DNA from: Ginglymostoma cirratum
Lineage: Eukaryota
DNA: 64,000 nucleotides
Direction of reading: 5' to 3'
NCBI GenBank assembly: GCA_024137785.1
Contig: JAHRHZ010000002.1
Location: forward strand, 20,834,898-20,898,897
In this document: positions 11,901 through 23,566 of the stretch, piece by piece
How positions within the stretch are numbered: the stretch's first letter is position 1
Layout: every line of letters begins with the position of its first letter
The notes under the pieces: model-generated
Database searches by the model: none
Told to the model about the DNA's origin: nothing
Seen by the model: the letters and a program-made list of their open reading frames with translations, nothing else
Made by a program: the position numbers and the translations under genes

Positions 11901-14900
11901 AACTTGCCTGGTGAATAATTTGACTATGGGTCATTTCTGTCTGGATTGTCCCTCTCTCATCGCAATTCCTTGCCCTGACAGATTGTGATCGAACCCTGGT
12001 TGCCCTCCAGAAAGTACAGGTCAGCTGCGATCTGACCGAGTGGTGTAGGGAGGCCATGACAGGCTTTGCGGCCTACTCCCCTTCCTGATGTCTCTGTGAT
12101 TGCAGGTACAGGCCGCCAGCCCAGGATTGAAATGGAGGGCCAAACGGGGGATGGCATCAGACTGGGCTGTAAATCCGAGGGGTGGTACCCAAAGCCGCCT
12201 GTCCTGTGGGTGAATGGAGATGGAGAGAACATAGCAGCCCAGCAGCAAACCACGTACCAGCCGGACACTCATGAACTGCTCACAGTCAGCAGCTTCATCG
12301 AGATCCCCAAGCAGTCCACCAACAAGTACACTTGTGTCATTAATAACATGATCCTGAAGGAGAAACAGGAGGCTTACATCCAGATTGCAGGTCTGTCACA
12401 GTGGGAGAAGACCTTTACAGATACAAAGCAAACTGGGGGAAAGGACGTGAATCTGATTGTAGAGAAATATATAAAATCCTGAGGAAACTCTGTGATTGAA
12501 ACTGGCTCCTTGTGATCCTGCTCGGAGACAATTGTCAAAAATAAGCCTCTCACGGCTATGGCTTCCCCTTTGTGGCAACTAAATGCATTTCACTGGGATG
12601 GATATTGGGGAAGAGTGAGAGGCTGCGATGGAGGGAGGAGGAGAGGGTGTGATGGAGGGAGCAGGAGAGCGTGTAATGCAGATTGGATGGAGGGAGTGAA
12701 AGAGATGGAAGTGGGGCAGGATTGCATTGAATTGAGTTTGCAAAAGGTGAGTGAGGTGATGGACGGAGGGTGGGTGATGGAGGGAGAGGGAGATAGTGGA
12801 ATGGAGGTTGGAAGAGGGAGATGGCTAATCGAGGAAGAGGGGCTGATGGAGGGAGAGGGGTGATTGAACCTAGATACAGAGTGTGACAATAGGTTTGTGT
12901 TAACTCAAAAAGCTGAATGGTTCATTTTCTCACTCTATTCTCACTATCCCCTTTCTCTCCTCTGCCACCTCTGTCTCCCTTTGTATCCCCTATGCTCCCT
13001 CTCCCTTTTCTCTTAATTACTCTTTCTCTCTGCTCCTTTGCTCCATCTTCCCCTCCCTCTCCTCCTCCATCTCCCTCTCCCCCCCACCCTCACCTCCTCA
13101 CCCTTGCTCTTTCTCACTTCTCTCTCCCTCTCTCTCCCTCCTCTCCCTTCCTTTCTCCTCTCTCCCTCTCTCTCCATACAGATTCCTTCTTCCCCCATGT
13201 TTCTGGATGGCTGATAGCGTTCTGGATCCTGTTTGCTCTGATTATTGCAGCAGTCGCTCTTGCAGTGTGGTACCTTCGGAAATTACAGAATGAGATTCAA
13301 GGTGACAACCTTTGCACAAGCTCTAAGAACATTTTTTGAGAATTAACTACAAACAGAACCTTATTATTTGTTAACAGAAAATAAAACAGACAGACTTGGA
13401 AATACTCTGCACATCAGGCATAATCTGTGGAGAGAGACAGAGTTAGTGTTTCAGGGGAATAAGAGTTTATTTTTTGTGAACTGTGTAATGAGCAGTGTAA
13501 TGAGGAGCCTGTTCATTACAGTCTGACACTGACAGTATCTCCTAAAGTCATGGTGCCCATTGGATTCATTAATTTTTTTTGTTTTTCTTTTCCAGGCCTC
13601 AGGAAATCTGAGGATAATCTCGGTAAGTGACGTTTCTTCAGTCGTGGGCCATGTGCTGATGATACACTGATTTTCGCTGTTGAGAAATTTCACACTCTCA
13701 CCCTGACCGTTACAGTTTCTGTTCTGAGAGGAGCCAAACCCCTTCTATATATCACTGATCTCAACAGTCACCAGGAGGGTCGCTCTGTTTGTTTCTGCTG
13801 TAGTGTTCTGTGAGTGTATCTCTTTCCTTCAGCCACCCCGTTCCCCAGTAGACTCGCTATCTCATTCTGATTCTTCCTCTTGTGATGGTACTATGCCTTT
13901 AAGATAGATATGTTCTGTCCTGTTTCTTTTTGCAGTCTTGTTGTCACAGTGGTGCCATAATGTCTCCTTCACACAGGAAGTTGCTAAACTGCATTTGAGT
14001 TCTCCCTGGGTGTTTGTTTTGACGAATGGATGGGATCAGGGCTCACCTAGACCCAGGAAGGTTTTTAGTTTAGCTTTCATTTAATGAAATGGTTTCAGCA
14101 GGCTGCTGAGCTAAAGGCTTGAGTTCTCTGCTGCTGGAGTGACGTCTTAGACAGTGAGGCTTCCTCTTCGAAATCAAAAGAGACAGATTAGTTCTTTCTT
14201 CTGGACTGGAAAGAGACAGCACCTGAGAATCAGAACTGTATTGCTGAATTGATTTTTTGCCAAAGGGTGTCCTTGTGGGATGCTATGTTGGAACAGTTGA
14301 TGATTAGTGGCTAAATCATACATTGTCTTGTTAAGTATTTCAATCGAGCTAAAGTTATTCCAATGCTTTTTTTTTGTTGCATTTTAACTGTGTTACAAGC
14401 AGAAAGTGTGTCTTGGTTAAAGCCTAGTAATGGACCAATCGAATCACATCTGGAATACAGACCTTTCACTCGCTGTAAAATAATTACAAAAGTTAGTGTC
14501 TCTTTACAATACTTTGAATAGGGGTGGGGAGTCTGGTTTGGTCTGGTCCATAACACTCTTTCTCAAACCTTTCTCCTTTCTCCCCTGTTTCTTTCCACTG
14601 TCACCTTCTCTCTTTCCCCCCTCCCTCTTCCTTCCATCTGTGCTCCCTCTCCCCAACTCTTTCCCCGCATCTCTGCCCTGCTCTCTCTTCTATCTCACCC
14701 CTTTCTCTCACCTCTCATTCCCACACTCTCCCCTCTCTTTCTTCCCCCTCCTCTCTTTCTCTTCTTCCTCCCCTGTCTCTCTTTCCCCTCCTATCTCTCT
14801 TCACCTTCACCCTCTACTCCCTAACCTTTCTCTAACCTGTCTCTCTCATCTCTCTCATCCTCACACAATACTGTCTCTCTCTCTACCCCCAAAGCCCCCC

Positions 14901-17900
14901 CCCGGACCTCCCCCCACTCCATGCTCTTCTCCACATATCTTTCTTCCAATTCCAATTGTACAGGTTCTCTCCTTCTCCTCCTTCTCTCCCCTCTCTGAAC
15001 CTTCTTTTAAGACTCCTTTTATAGTCAGTGAGCGTAGGCAATGTGATTTGGCTGCTGTGGGAATGGGACGTGGGTCAATGTAAGGGGTAAAGGGCTGCTG
15101 CTGATTTAATGTTTTCTTTTGGCCTGTTACAGAACATCAAAGGCTGCTGGATGTAACCGGTGAGTAACCCTTAGTAACCCAGAGCTAGATGTGATGGGAA
15201 TGGGAAATCCAACGATGTGGAAATGTATCAGAGAGAAAAATTTGTGAAACAGTAATACCGAGTCTAGTGATATAACGGATAACAAATAGATTGTTTGAGT
15301 CATTCAGCATGGAGACAGACCCTTCGGTCCAACTCTTCCATACCGACCAAGTCTCCCAAACTAAACCTGTCCTATTTACCTGCATTTGGCCCATACTCCT
15401 CTAACCTTTCCCTACTCAGGTAATTAGTCCAAGGCATCAGAGAGTTGAAAGCAAGGCTCGAAATTATTTCTTCTTCATGGAATTTTTACAACACTATTGA
15501 AAGAGTCCAGAAATGTTCATTGGAAAGAAATTAAATAGTTACCTGGAAAAGAAGAATATTGATGGATAGGTTGAAGGTTTTCATGCATAAATAATAGGAA
15601 AGATTTGCATTTCTGTAGCACCTTTCACATTCTGAGGTTGTCCCAATACACTTTATCAAAAATGATGTACAGAACAAAATAAGAATTAAATGCAAGAGTC
15701 GGCCACTTTGCTTGAGCTATTCCACTATTCAGTTGGATCATGATGGATCTACTTCCCTGCACTATCCCCCGTAAAGACTCTACCGTTTTATTTTCTGTAT
15801 TTTGGATTGCTGAGGTAAAGAATTCAGAAGGTTCACAACACGCTAAGTGAAGAAATTGCTCCTCATCACAGACCTGAGTGGTTTCAGAACTGCCAGTGAG
15901 TTGGAATTGAGAGCCTGAAGTTGCAGAATACTGTCAATACAGTGTACAGGAGATAGCAAGAACTGCACATGCTGAAGTGAGAGTCAATACAGTGTGGAGT
16001 TGGAGGAACACAGCAGGTCAGGCAGCATCAGAGCAGTCTGTAAATTGGGATAATCAGTTTCTCTCCAGCTAATCTTCAAATTAGCACACACTCCTCCCTG
16101 TAATTGAGCAAAAAAACACATCTTTTATCGGGGCAAGTGTTTGTGAACCAGCTGTTTTCGCAATCAATACTCTTTGCAGTTCTACAATGAGCCAAGTAAA
16201 GTAAATCTGCCATATTTCAGTATCTTCTGATTATTTCTAACCTTCTGACATTCTGATGTGAGGAATACAAAGCGGAGAAACAATGCATTCCTTCCAACAC
16301 AGTTCAACACTCTCTGACTGGGCTCCCACATTCTAACTTGTAAACTTGAGGTCACCTGACACTCTGCTGCCCATGTCTTCACTCACCCCAGGCCCCACTC
16401 ACCTGCTGACCTACATTGTTAAACAATGTCTCCATTCTTAATTTCTTATCCAGGTTTTCCAGTCCCTTCATGTCCTTACCCTCACTACTCTGTAACTCCT
16501 CCAGACCCTCAACTCTCCAAGATGTCCAGGCTCTTCTAATTCTGACCTCTTGCACATCCGAATTACAATTGCTGCTTCATTAGGAGGTGCAGTGTCAGGT
16601 GCCTCAGTTCCAAACCCTACTCCCCCACCTCATCTCACTTTGTTCCTTCAAAACACTCCTTAAAAACCTACCTCTTTGAAAATGCTTTCGGTCACCTGAC
16701 CTAACATCTCAATGTGTAGCACAATTGTATTTTTATTCATAACATTTATATGAAGGATTTTGAGATTTTTAACAGAAAATCAGGCATTCTATAAATATGA
16801 GTTGCTATTGTGTAATATAGATGCAGTGTATTATCTGACAAGTGAGAAATGCCAAACTGGATGCGTGAGAACATAACAAATGGGAGCAGGATTAGACCAT
16901 ATGTGGCCCATCAAGCCTACTTCACCATTTAATAAGGTCATGGCTGATCTCTTCATGGACGCCGCTCCACTTACCTGCCTGCTCACCATCACCCTTAATT
17001 CGTTTACTGTTTAAAAATCTATCTTTGCTTTAAGAACATTCAGCAAAGTAGTCTCAACTGCTTAATTCAGGAGGGAATTCCACAGATTTACAACCCTTTG
17101 GGTGAAGAAGTTCCTCCTGAACTCAGTCCTAAATCTGCTCCCCTTTATTTTGAGCTATGCCTCCTACTTCTAGTTTCACCTGCCAGTCAAACAACTTCCC
17201 TGCTTCTGTCTTATCTATTCCCTTCAAATTGTATTGGTGTATAACCAAATTTTTAAAAAAATCTTCTAAGCTACATTCCCCTTCAAAAAAAACTTTTTGA
17301 TCAAGTAATGTTTGGTTTCTCGGTGACATTTCTGGTATAATTAATGTTAGATTTGAATTGCCTTGTTCCCCATATGACAAATTTCACTCTTGTCTACTTT
17401 TCTCTTTAGAATGTGAGAAACTTCAGCAGAAGTTAGGTAAGACATTATTCCCAAAACTTTCTCACTCTGGGCTTGGAATTTCATCTCATGTTCATCATTG
17501 GTTTCTTCACCAGCATGGTCCTGAAACTTTAAAGAAAACATGAAGGATTGTCTTGAATTTGTTTCTGAAGCTATCAGCTTGAAAGATGCTTTAAAAGAAA
17601 ATGTCTTCATTCATTTTAGAAAACATTGGTATGAAAGCAAAATTCATTAATGAAGTGAAGTCTGTTGAGTGAGATTTATTCTTACCTTTCCAATTCTCTG
17701 TTTCCTTTTAGAACAATGGAGACCTCTAGTCCAGTCAGGTATGTTATGTGTGTGTACGCAAAATGTAAAGGATCTTCACCCTTCAGCTTTGGTGTATTTT
17801 TTGATGTTTGCCCATGGTGATATTGGGCCAAATGGAACAGGAGGGTATGAAGATCAATGATACATTACTCTCTACCTTTCCTTAATCCATGTGAATGTGT

Positions 17901-20900
17901 GTTTCTCTGGCACATTGTCAAGGTCTAGCCAGTAGCACCCAATTGTGGGTCACCCTCAAGTCCTCGGCTCAGTACAAATGGCAATGTACTTTTATTGCTT
18001 TTCTATTTGAGAGTATTACAGATGATTAATTCTTTTTATGTTATCTTTGCAGAGTGGAACAGGATACAGAGCTATGCAGGTAAAATTCTCAGTGTAGCAG
18101 ACTCTGGGTGTCTATGTCTGTGCAGTAGTGCATGGGGAGGCTGTATGTCTACATCACCCCATTCTGGCTGATGGGGAAACTCTCCCACGCTTACCATCTG
18201 TTATTCACATATCAGAAGGATTTACAGATTGCTTATCAATTTATTTGGTGACGCTATGACAGAAATTCCATAGACGCAATTTGTGAAGTGAAACTTGAAC
18301 TTGAAGTTTCTTTCCAAGAAACAGCGAGGCTACTCACTATACCACACCACCTCTTCACGGTGTTAAGACAATTTGACAGTTCTACAGAGATAGTAAGTCG
18401 AGGAGGTGGGGGTAAGAGGGAGGGTTGATCACATCAGACAGATGTGGACCACATCAGACAGATGTTCACCTGCACATTTGCTAATGTGGTCTACTGCATC
18501 CGCTGCTCCCAATGTGGCCTTCTCTACATCGGTGAGACCAATCGGAGGCTCAGAGATCGCTTTGTAGAGCACCTGCGCTCTGTTTGTGACAAACGACAAT
18601 ACCTTCCAGTCGTGAACCACTTCAACTCCCCCTCCCACTCCCTGGATGACATGTCCACCCTGGGCCTCCTCCAGTGTCACAATGATGCCACTCGGGAATG
18701 GGAGGAGCAACACCTCATATTCCGCCTCGGGAGCCTACAACCCAATGGTCTCAATGTGGACTTTCTAGTTTCAAAATCTCCCTACCCCTGGCCTCATCCT
18801 ATGACCAACCCTCCCTCTCATCCCCACCTCCATGACCTGACACAACCTGTCCATCTTCTCTCCCGCCTATCTGCTCCTCCCACCTCACTGACCAATCCCC
18901 ACCTCTGCCTACCTACTCTCACCTGTCACCATCCCACCTACCTTCCCCAGCCCCACCCCTCTTCTCTCTAATGATTTCAGAGCTCCCTTCCCCCTCCTCC
19001 CTTTCTGAAGAAGGGTCCTGACCCAAAAGTCAGCTTTCCTGCTCCTCTGATGCTGCCTGGCCAGCTGCCTGCTCTACAGTCACTTTTGCTGACATCACAT
19101 CTTTATTCCACTGATTTGCTTTTAAATCATTTCTCAGACTATGCTGGTGGAATTGGAATTTACTTTCTCTGGGCTTTGAGTTCATCAACATGGGGAAGCA
19201 ATGCACAAACAATTAATCTAGAGAACGATGTAATGATCTGGGGACCAGTGTTCAAATCCCTCCATGGTAGATCATTGAATTTGGAGTCAGTTAAAAATCT
19301 GGAACAAAGAATCTAACAATGACCATGAAGCTGATGCCGATTGTCAGGAAAAAAGCCATCTGGTTCACTGCTGCCCTTGAAGGAAGGAAACTGCCATCTT
19401 TACCTTGTGTGTGGCCTAGATGTGACTCCAGACTCACAGCAATGTGGTTGACTCTTAACTGCCACCCGGGCAGTGAGGGACAGGCAATAAATACTGGCCT
19501 GGCCTGGCCAGCCACACCCTCATTCCATGAATTAATGTAAAAAGAATCGCGACTGACTTGTAAAAAGTGACACATTTTATAAAGCATTGGAGGAAGGTGC
19601 TAATCTGTTCAGCTATCTTTGGTATGGAGATGCAGCAAGAACTGTCAATCTTTGTTCTAATATCCTTGTTATTCAGGGAGATGCCATGAAAATACAGCAA
19701 GGAATATTTACCCCTCTCATCCTGCACTCCACCAAACCGCTCCCTGCACTTGCTTCTCTCTTCAAAGCACTGAAAGTCCCTCTCCCCACCCACTCTTTCT
19801 TCCACCCTTCCCATTCTCCCAATTCCCACACTTCCTTCTCCCTCCCCTTCCTGACCTCATACCCCACTGCCCCTTCTTGTCTGTCTCACCCCCTCCCTGT
19901 TTTCCTTGAATTGAATTGAATTAGCCCTATTGTGACCTACTCAAATGAGTAAAATGAAAAGTCTGAGGTAACATTTCGGGTCGATTCAGTTCTGGGCAGG
20001 ACCCAAAATGTGAACTCTGACTTCTCTCCACAGATGCTGCCAGACCACCTGAGTTTTTCCAGCGATTTCTGTTTATTACAGTGAAAAACTTATACGTTGT
20101 CACTTACAGTACCACCTCAGATGCAATCCTAAATAATAGAACAGACGAATGAAGAAAAGTTACATTACAGCTATACAAAGTATAACCATAGGTCAGAAAA
20201 ACAAGAAGCAAAGTTAATAAGACAAATATCCCAGTCAGTCCCTCAAGTCTCTCAGCAGCAGACCAGCGCTGGGGTTGCCTCCAGCTGGTCTGACCACTTG
20301 CTGCCCCTGTTCTCGCACCGGGCCACTACCGTCCCTGCTCCCTCACGCCCTTTGGTTCCCCTCTCCCTCCCTCTCACTGACGGTGTTATTTGATCTCTCC
20401 CCCAGCTCCAGCCTCTCTGACTCTGGATCCGAACACAGCGCATCCCCGGCTCATCCTGTCTGAGGACTGGACCAGTGTGAGACTCGTACACAAACGGCAG
20501 CCGCTCCCTGACTCCCCGGAGAGATTCGATCCCTGGGAATGTGTCCTGGGATCAGAGGGATTCACATCAGGGAGACATTACTGGGAGGTGGAGGTGGGGG
20601 AGAAGACCCGGTGGAGTCTGGGAGTGGCCCGGGAGTTTGTGGAGAGGAAAGGGTGGATCAACGCGGGGGAGGAGACCGGATTCTGGATTGTGGGGCTGAG
20701 GCCCCGAAAAGGTTATTTTGCCTCCACCTGCCCCTCATGGACCGACCTCTTCCCGAGTGTGAATCCCCAGAAGATCGGGGTTTTCCTGGACTATGAGGGT
20801 GGACAGGTGTCATTTTACAATGCGGACACCATGTCCCATCTCCACACTTTCACCCACACTTTCACTGAGAGGATCTTTCCCTTCTTCAATCCGGGACGGA

Positions 20901-20956
20901 ATATTGATGGGAAAAACTCTGCCCCGCTGACAATCTGCAGGATTGAAGGACACTGA
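5956..20956 (+). CDS. Butyrophilin-like gene 1 (spliced): join(5956-5995,6760-7128,12106-12390,13182-13301,13596-13622,15133-15159,17410-17436,17712-17738,18053-18079,20406-20956); 499 aa; SP-IgV-IgC-TM-coiled coil-B30.2
   Basis: All introns GT-AG and phase 1; joined frame is open for 1500 nt; domain order is the butyrophilin family architecture. Confidence 0.88.
6760..7128 (+). CDS. Gene 1 IgV exon
   Basis: VVLDC...MEVHW...YRDRTELF...[20 protein letters not shown], a BTN/MOG/B7-type V domain; acceptor tctccag, donor G|GTCAGT; 369 nt. Confidence 0.95.
8590..11235. mobile_element. Decayed Penelope-like element pieces in opposite orientations (minus about 8590-9790, plus about 9800-11235) with a nested young insertion at 9187-9488
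   Basis: GIY-YIG-like [10 protein letters not shown]...[13 protein letters not shown] on minus; RT thumb region [20 protein letters not shown] on plus. Confidence 0.75.
11430..11736 (-). mobile_element. HE1-type (V-SINE) tRNA-derived SINE
   Basis: GGCAGCACAGTGGTTAGCAC head; V-domain GTGGAGTTTG..ATTCTCCC..GTCTGC.TGGGTTT; CR1-like tail. Confidence 0.85.
12106..12390 (+). CDS. Gene 1 IgC exon
   Basis: [19 protein letters not shown]...YTCVINN, the BTN C-domain signature; acceptor ttgcag, donor G|GTCTGT; 285 nt. Confidence 0.95.
13182..13301 (+). CDS. Gene 1 transmembrane exon
   Basis: [40 protein letters not shown]; long pyrimidine tract and acag acceptor; 120 nt. Confidence 0.92.
13596..13622 (+). 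CDS. Gene 1 27-nt micro-exon GLRKSEDNL
   Basis: ttttccag| ... |gtaagt; paralog 49309-49335. Confidence 0.85.
13881..14555. mobile_element. Solo LTR (TGTGATG...CATAACA) with 4-bp TSD CTCT
   Basis: TG...CA termini with short inverted repeats; TSD; same family as 54681-55332. Confidence 0.8.
15133..15159 (+). CDS. Gene 1 27-nt micro-exon EHQRLLDVT
   Basis: gttacag| ... |gtgagt; paralog 53690-53716. Confidence 0.85.
17410..17436 (+). CDS. Gene 1 27-nt micro-exon ECEKLQQKL
   Basis: ctctttag| ... |gtaaga; paralog 57560-57586. Confidence 0.85.
   Translation, partial: NVRNFSRS
17712..17738 (+). CDS. Gene 1 27-nt micro-exon EQWRPLVQS
   Basis: ccttttag| ... |gtatgt; identical peptide in paralog 62122-62148. 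Confidence 0.88.
18053..18079 (+). CDS. Gene 1 27-nt micro-exon EWNRIQSYA
   Basis: ctttgcag| ... |gtaaaa; W-containing pre-B30.2 exon typical of BTNs; paralog 63400-63426. Confidence 0.88.
18388..19072 (+). mobile_element. 5'-truncated Penelope-like element (GIY-YIG endonuclease end plus pLTR)
   Basis: ORF 18444-18971 [29 protein letters not shown]; flanked by TCTACAG repeats; absent at the paralogous site near 63750. Confidence 0.85.
19215..19545 (+). mobile_element. SINE-like bipartite element sharing head and tail with the LINE at 49566-53216
   Basis: 5' part matches 49610-49855; 3' GGGACAGGCAATAAA.ACTGG tail matches 53150-53215. Confidence 0.65.
20406..20956 (+). CDS. Gene 1 B30.2 (PRY-SPRY) terminal exon
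   Basis: [17 protein letters not shown]...ERFD...CVLG...[10 protein letters not shown]...[16 protein letters not shown]; stop TGA 20954-20956. Confidence 0.95.
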
Positions 20957-21065
20957 CTGATCCATCCCATAATTTCACCCGGTCCCCCTGCCTCCTGCCA
21001 GCTGTAAACTGATGGGGGTCGGTTTCAGTAACAGGTGCAGAGAGAGGCCAGGTTAACATTCCGGG

Positions 21066-21071
21066 AATAAA
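21066..21071 (+). terminator. Candidate polyadenylation signal of gene 1 (alternative AATAAA at 21406-21415)
   Basis: AATAAA 110 nt after the stop codon. Confidence 0.45.
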
Positions 21072-23566
21072 CCGTGTATCGGAACTGGGAACTGACAGAT
21101 CAGCAAAGAGCTCTGTGGGGCTGGAGGAAAGAAGGAGGGAGAGAGAAAAAAAACAAATAGAAGCTCAATTGTCAAGAGCAACTTGTTGGGTAGAATGAGC
21201 TGTGAGCTGCAGGGACCCGGCGACCTTCCTGTCTGTAAAGTTTTCCTGCTCCTATGATGCTGCTTTACCTGCTGTGTTCATCCAGCCCCATGCTTGTTAT
21301 CTCTTCCTGTCTGTAACGTTGCTCCACAGTCGGGAGGTGGCGTTATATCTTTATTCAAACAAAAAACATCGAAGATTCACTGGAACAAATGCCAAATTTC
21401 TTAAAAATAAATAAATCCAAGAAAGAACAAGTAAACTTCCTGTTTGTTTTATTTGCAAATTTCTCCAGAGTTTGTATCCTTGCACCTGCTATTCCAAACT
21501 CACCTGGATTATTTGAAGAATCTCTAGTTGGGGCCACTGGAGTGTTAGTTGCCTGGAAATGATAGCAAATTTTCTCTGGAACTTCAGTCATTGTCATGTC
21601 GAGATGTTCATGAGGTGGCCAGCGGGAAGATCTGCCTATTTCAACATTTGAGGTTGTAGAGAGACTTGGATGAGGTTGTCCGGCTGGCACCAATCCAATG
21701 CCTGTGTCCCTGCATCCCTGCAATTTCTTTGCTCATCCAATTCAAATTAAAAGTTAGGTTTCAGAAGATTGTAATGTTGTAATTTTGTAAATTTGTAGAT
21801 GTTTCAGTTTGTTCAAAAAAGAAGTGTCAATGTAAATCGAGCAGCAACAGCCCAGTGTAATCAACCTCAGTGATAGGAACTTTTAAGAATAACCTTTGAT
21901 AGATGAGACAAGTGTTGTTTAATTAAGGAAAGCCAGTATGGGTTTATTAAAAGCAAATCACATTTAACTAAATAGATTGAGCTTTCTAATGAAGACTCAG
22001 TTAGGATCGAGATGGCAACGTATTTCTGGACTTGAAAAGGAATTTAACAAATTGTCACCTTAAAGAATTAAAAATATCACTGAAGCCTATGGAATGAAAT
22101 GACTGTGACGATATAAAAATGATTTCTTCATTGTTTTGGCAAAGGATCACTCGACCCAAAATGTCAACTCTGTTACTCTCCCAACAGCTGCTGACAGACC
22201 TGTTGAGCTTTTCCAGCAATCTCCGTATTTGTTTAGGGATTCCAGCATTTACAGTTCTTTTTTCTTTGAAGGTGAACTCGTCTGGTGACAGTAAATGAGC
22301 ATTTTTCAGATGGCATGTCTTTGGCAGTGATGTTTCCTATGGTAAGTTCCAGGAGCAGTGATTTTCTGGTATATACTAATGACTTGAGAGTGGGTATACA
22401 GCCCTGAATTTTGAATGATACAGGTGGCATCAAAGTCAGCATTCTTTAAGCACCTAAGTGCTCAGTGATAGATATCTAGAGGGCAGAGACTTGCTCATGG
22501 AATGAACTGACGTTACAGGTGTAATTTATGTGAAGTGGTACATATTGGTTTTAAACTCTTTATCTTTGTGCCCCATCATCAATGATTTGCACACATATTC
22601 ATACAAACCTCTCTGTTCCTCCACATGCTTTAGAATTTATCCTTTTGTTTGTATTGTTCATACTGCCCTTCTTTTTACGTTGAATAAATGCATTAAAGGA
22701 ACAAAACTATTAAACAATTCCATAAAACATTGCTTGACCTCCACTGGAGAACTTTATCCAATTCTGGGCGCGGCTCTTTGGGAAGGATGTGAATAGTGCA
22801 TTAAATAGTTTTGGGAATGCAACACTTTGTTTGGAAGATAGATTGGAGAGGTAAGTTATTCTCCTGAAGATAAAGAAAATTTTGAGCAGATTTACAGGAT
22901 TTGACCAAAATTATCAGGTGTCTTGAAAGAAGGGAGAAAGAATGAGGCTGTTTGTTTTGACAGAATTATCCATAACAAGAACAGATGGACTTGAAGTGAT
23001 TGGCAAATTAATCAAAGGATTAATTGAAGGACATGGAAACTTTGGAGACAGTGCAGAGAAGATTCACCAGAATGTTGCCCGGTCTCGAGGGCATTGGCAA
23101 TAAGGAAAAGTTAAAAAGACCAGGATTGTTTTCACTGGAAAGATGATGGTTGAGAGAAGACCTGATAGAGGTTGATAAAATTATGAGAGGTATAGATAGG
23201 GTGGATAGTCAAGAGGCTTTTTCCCAGGGTTGAAGTTTCAATCACAAGGGGACCGAGGTTCAAGGTGAGGGCAGAGGGAAAGTTTAAGGGCACATTGGTG
23301 ACATTTAAGAGGCATCTGGATGGTTACATGAATCATGAGGGCATAGAGGGATATGTACCAATAAGGGCAGAAGGTTTGCTTTTTAGTTTAGCCAGGGCAT
23401 GATAATTGGCACAGGCTTCGGGAGGGCCGAAGGGCCTGTTCCTGCAACGTACCTGTCTTTTGCTCTATTTTGTTTTTTGTAAAACATTTATTGATGTGAG
23501 CCACTGGGATCTGGAATCCACTACCTGAGAATTTGGTGGAAGGTGATCTAATCATGGGTGGCTATC

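Noticed and set aside
20390-20956. Stand-alone TRIM or SPRY gene
   Set aside because: No RING or B-box exon in the window and no ATG start; the phase-1 acceptor joins the BTN micro-exons in frame.
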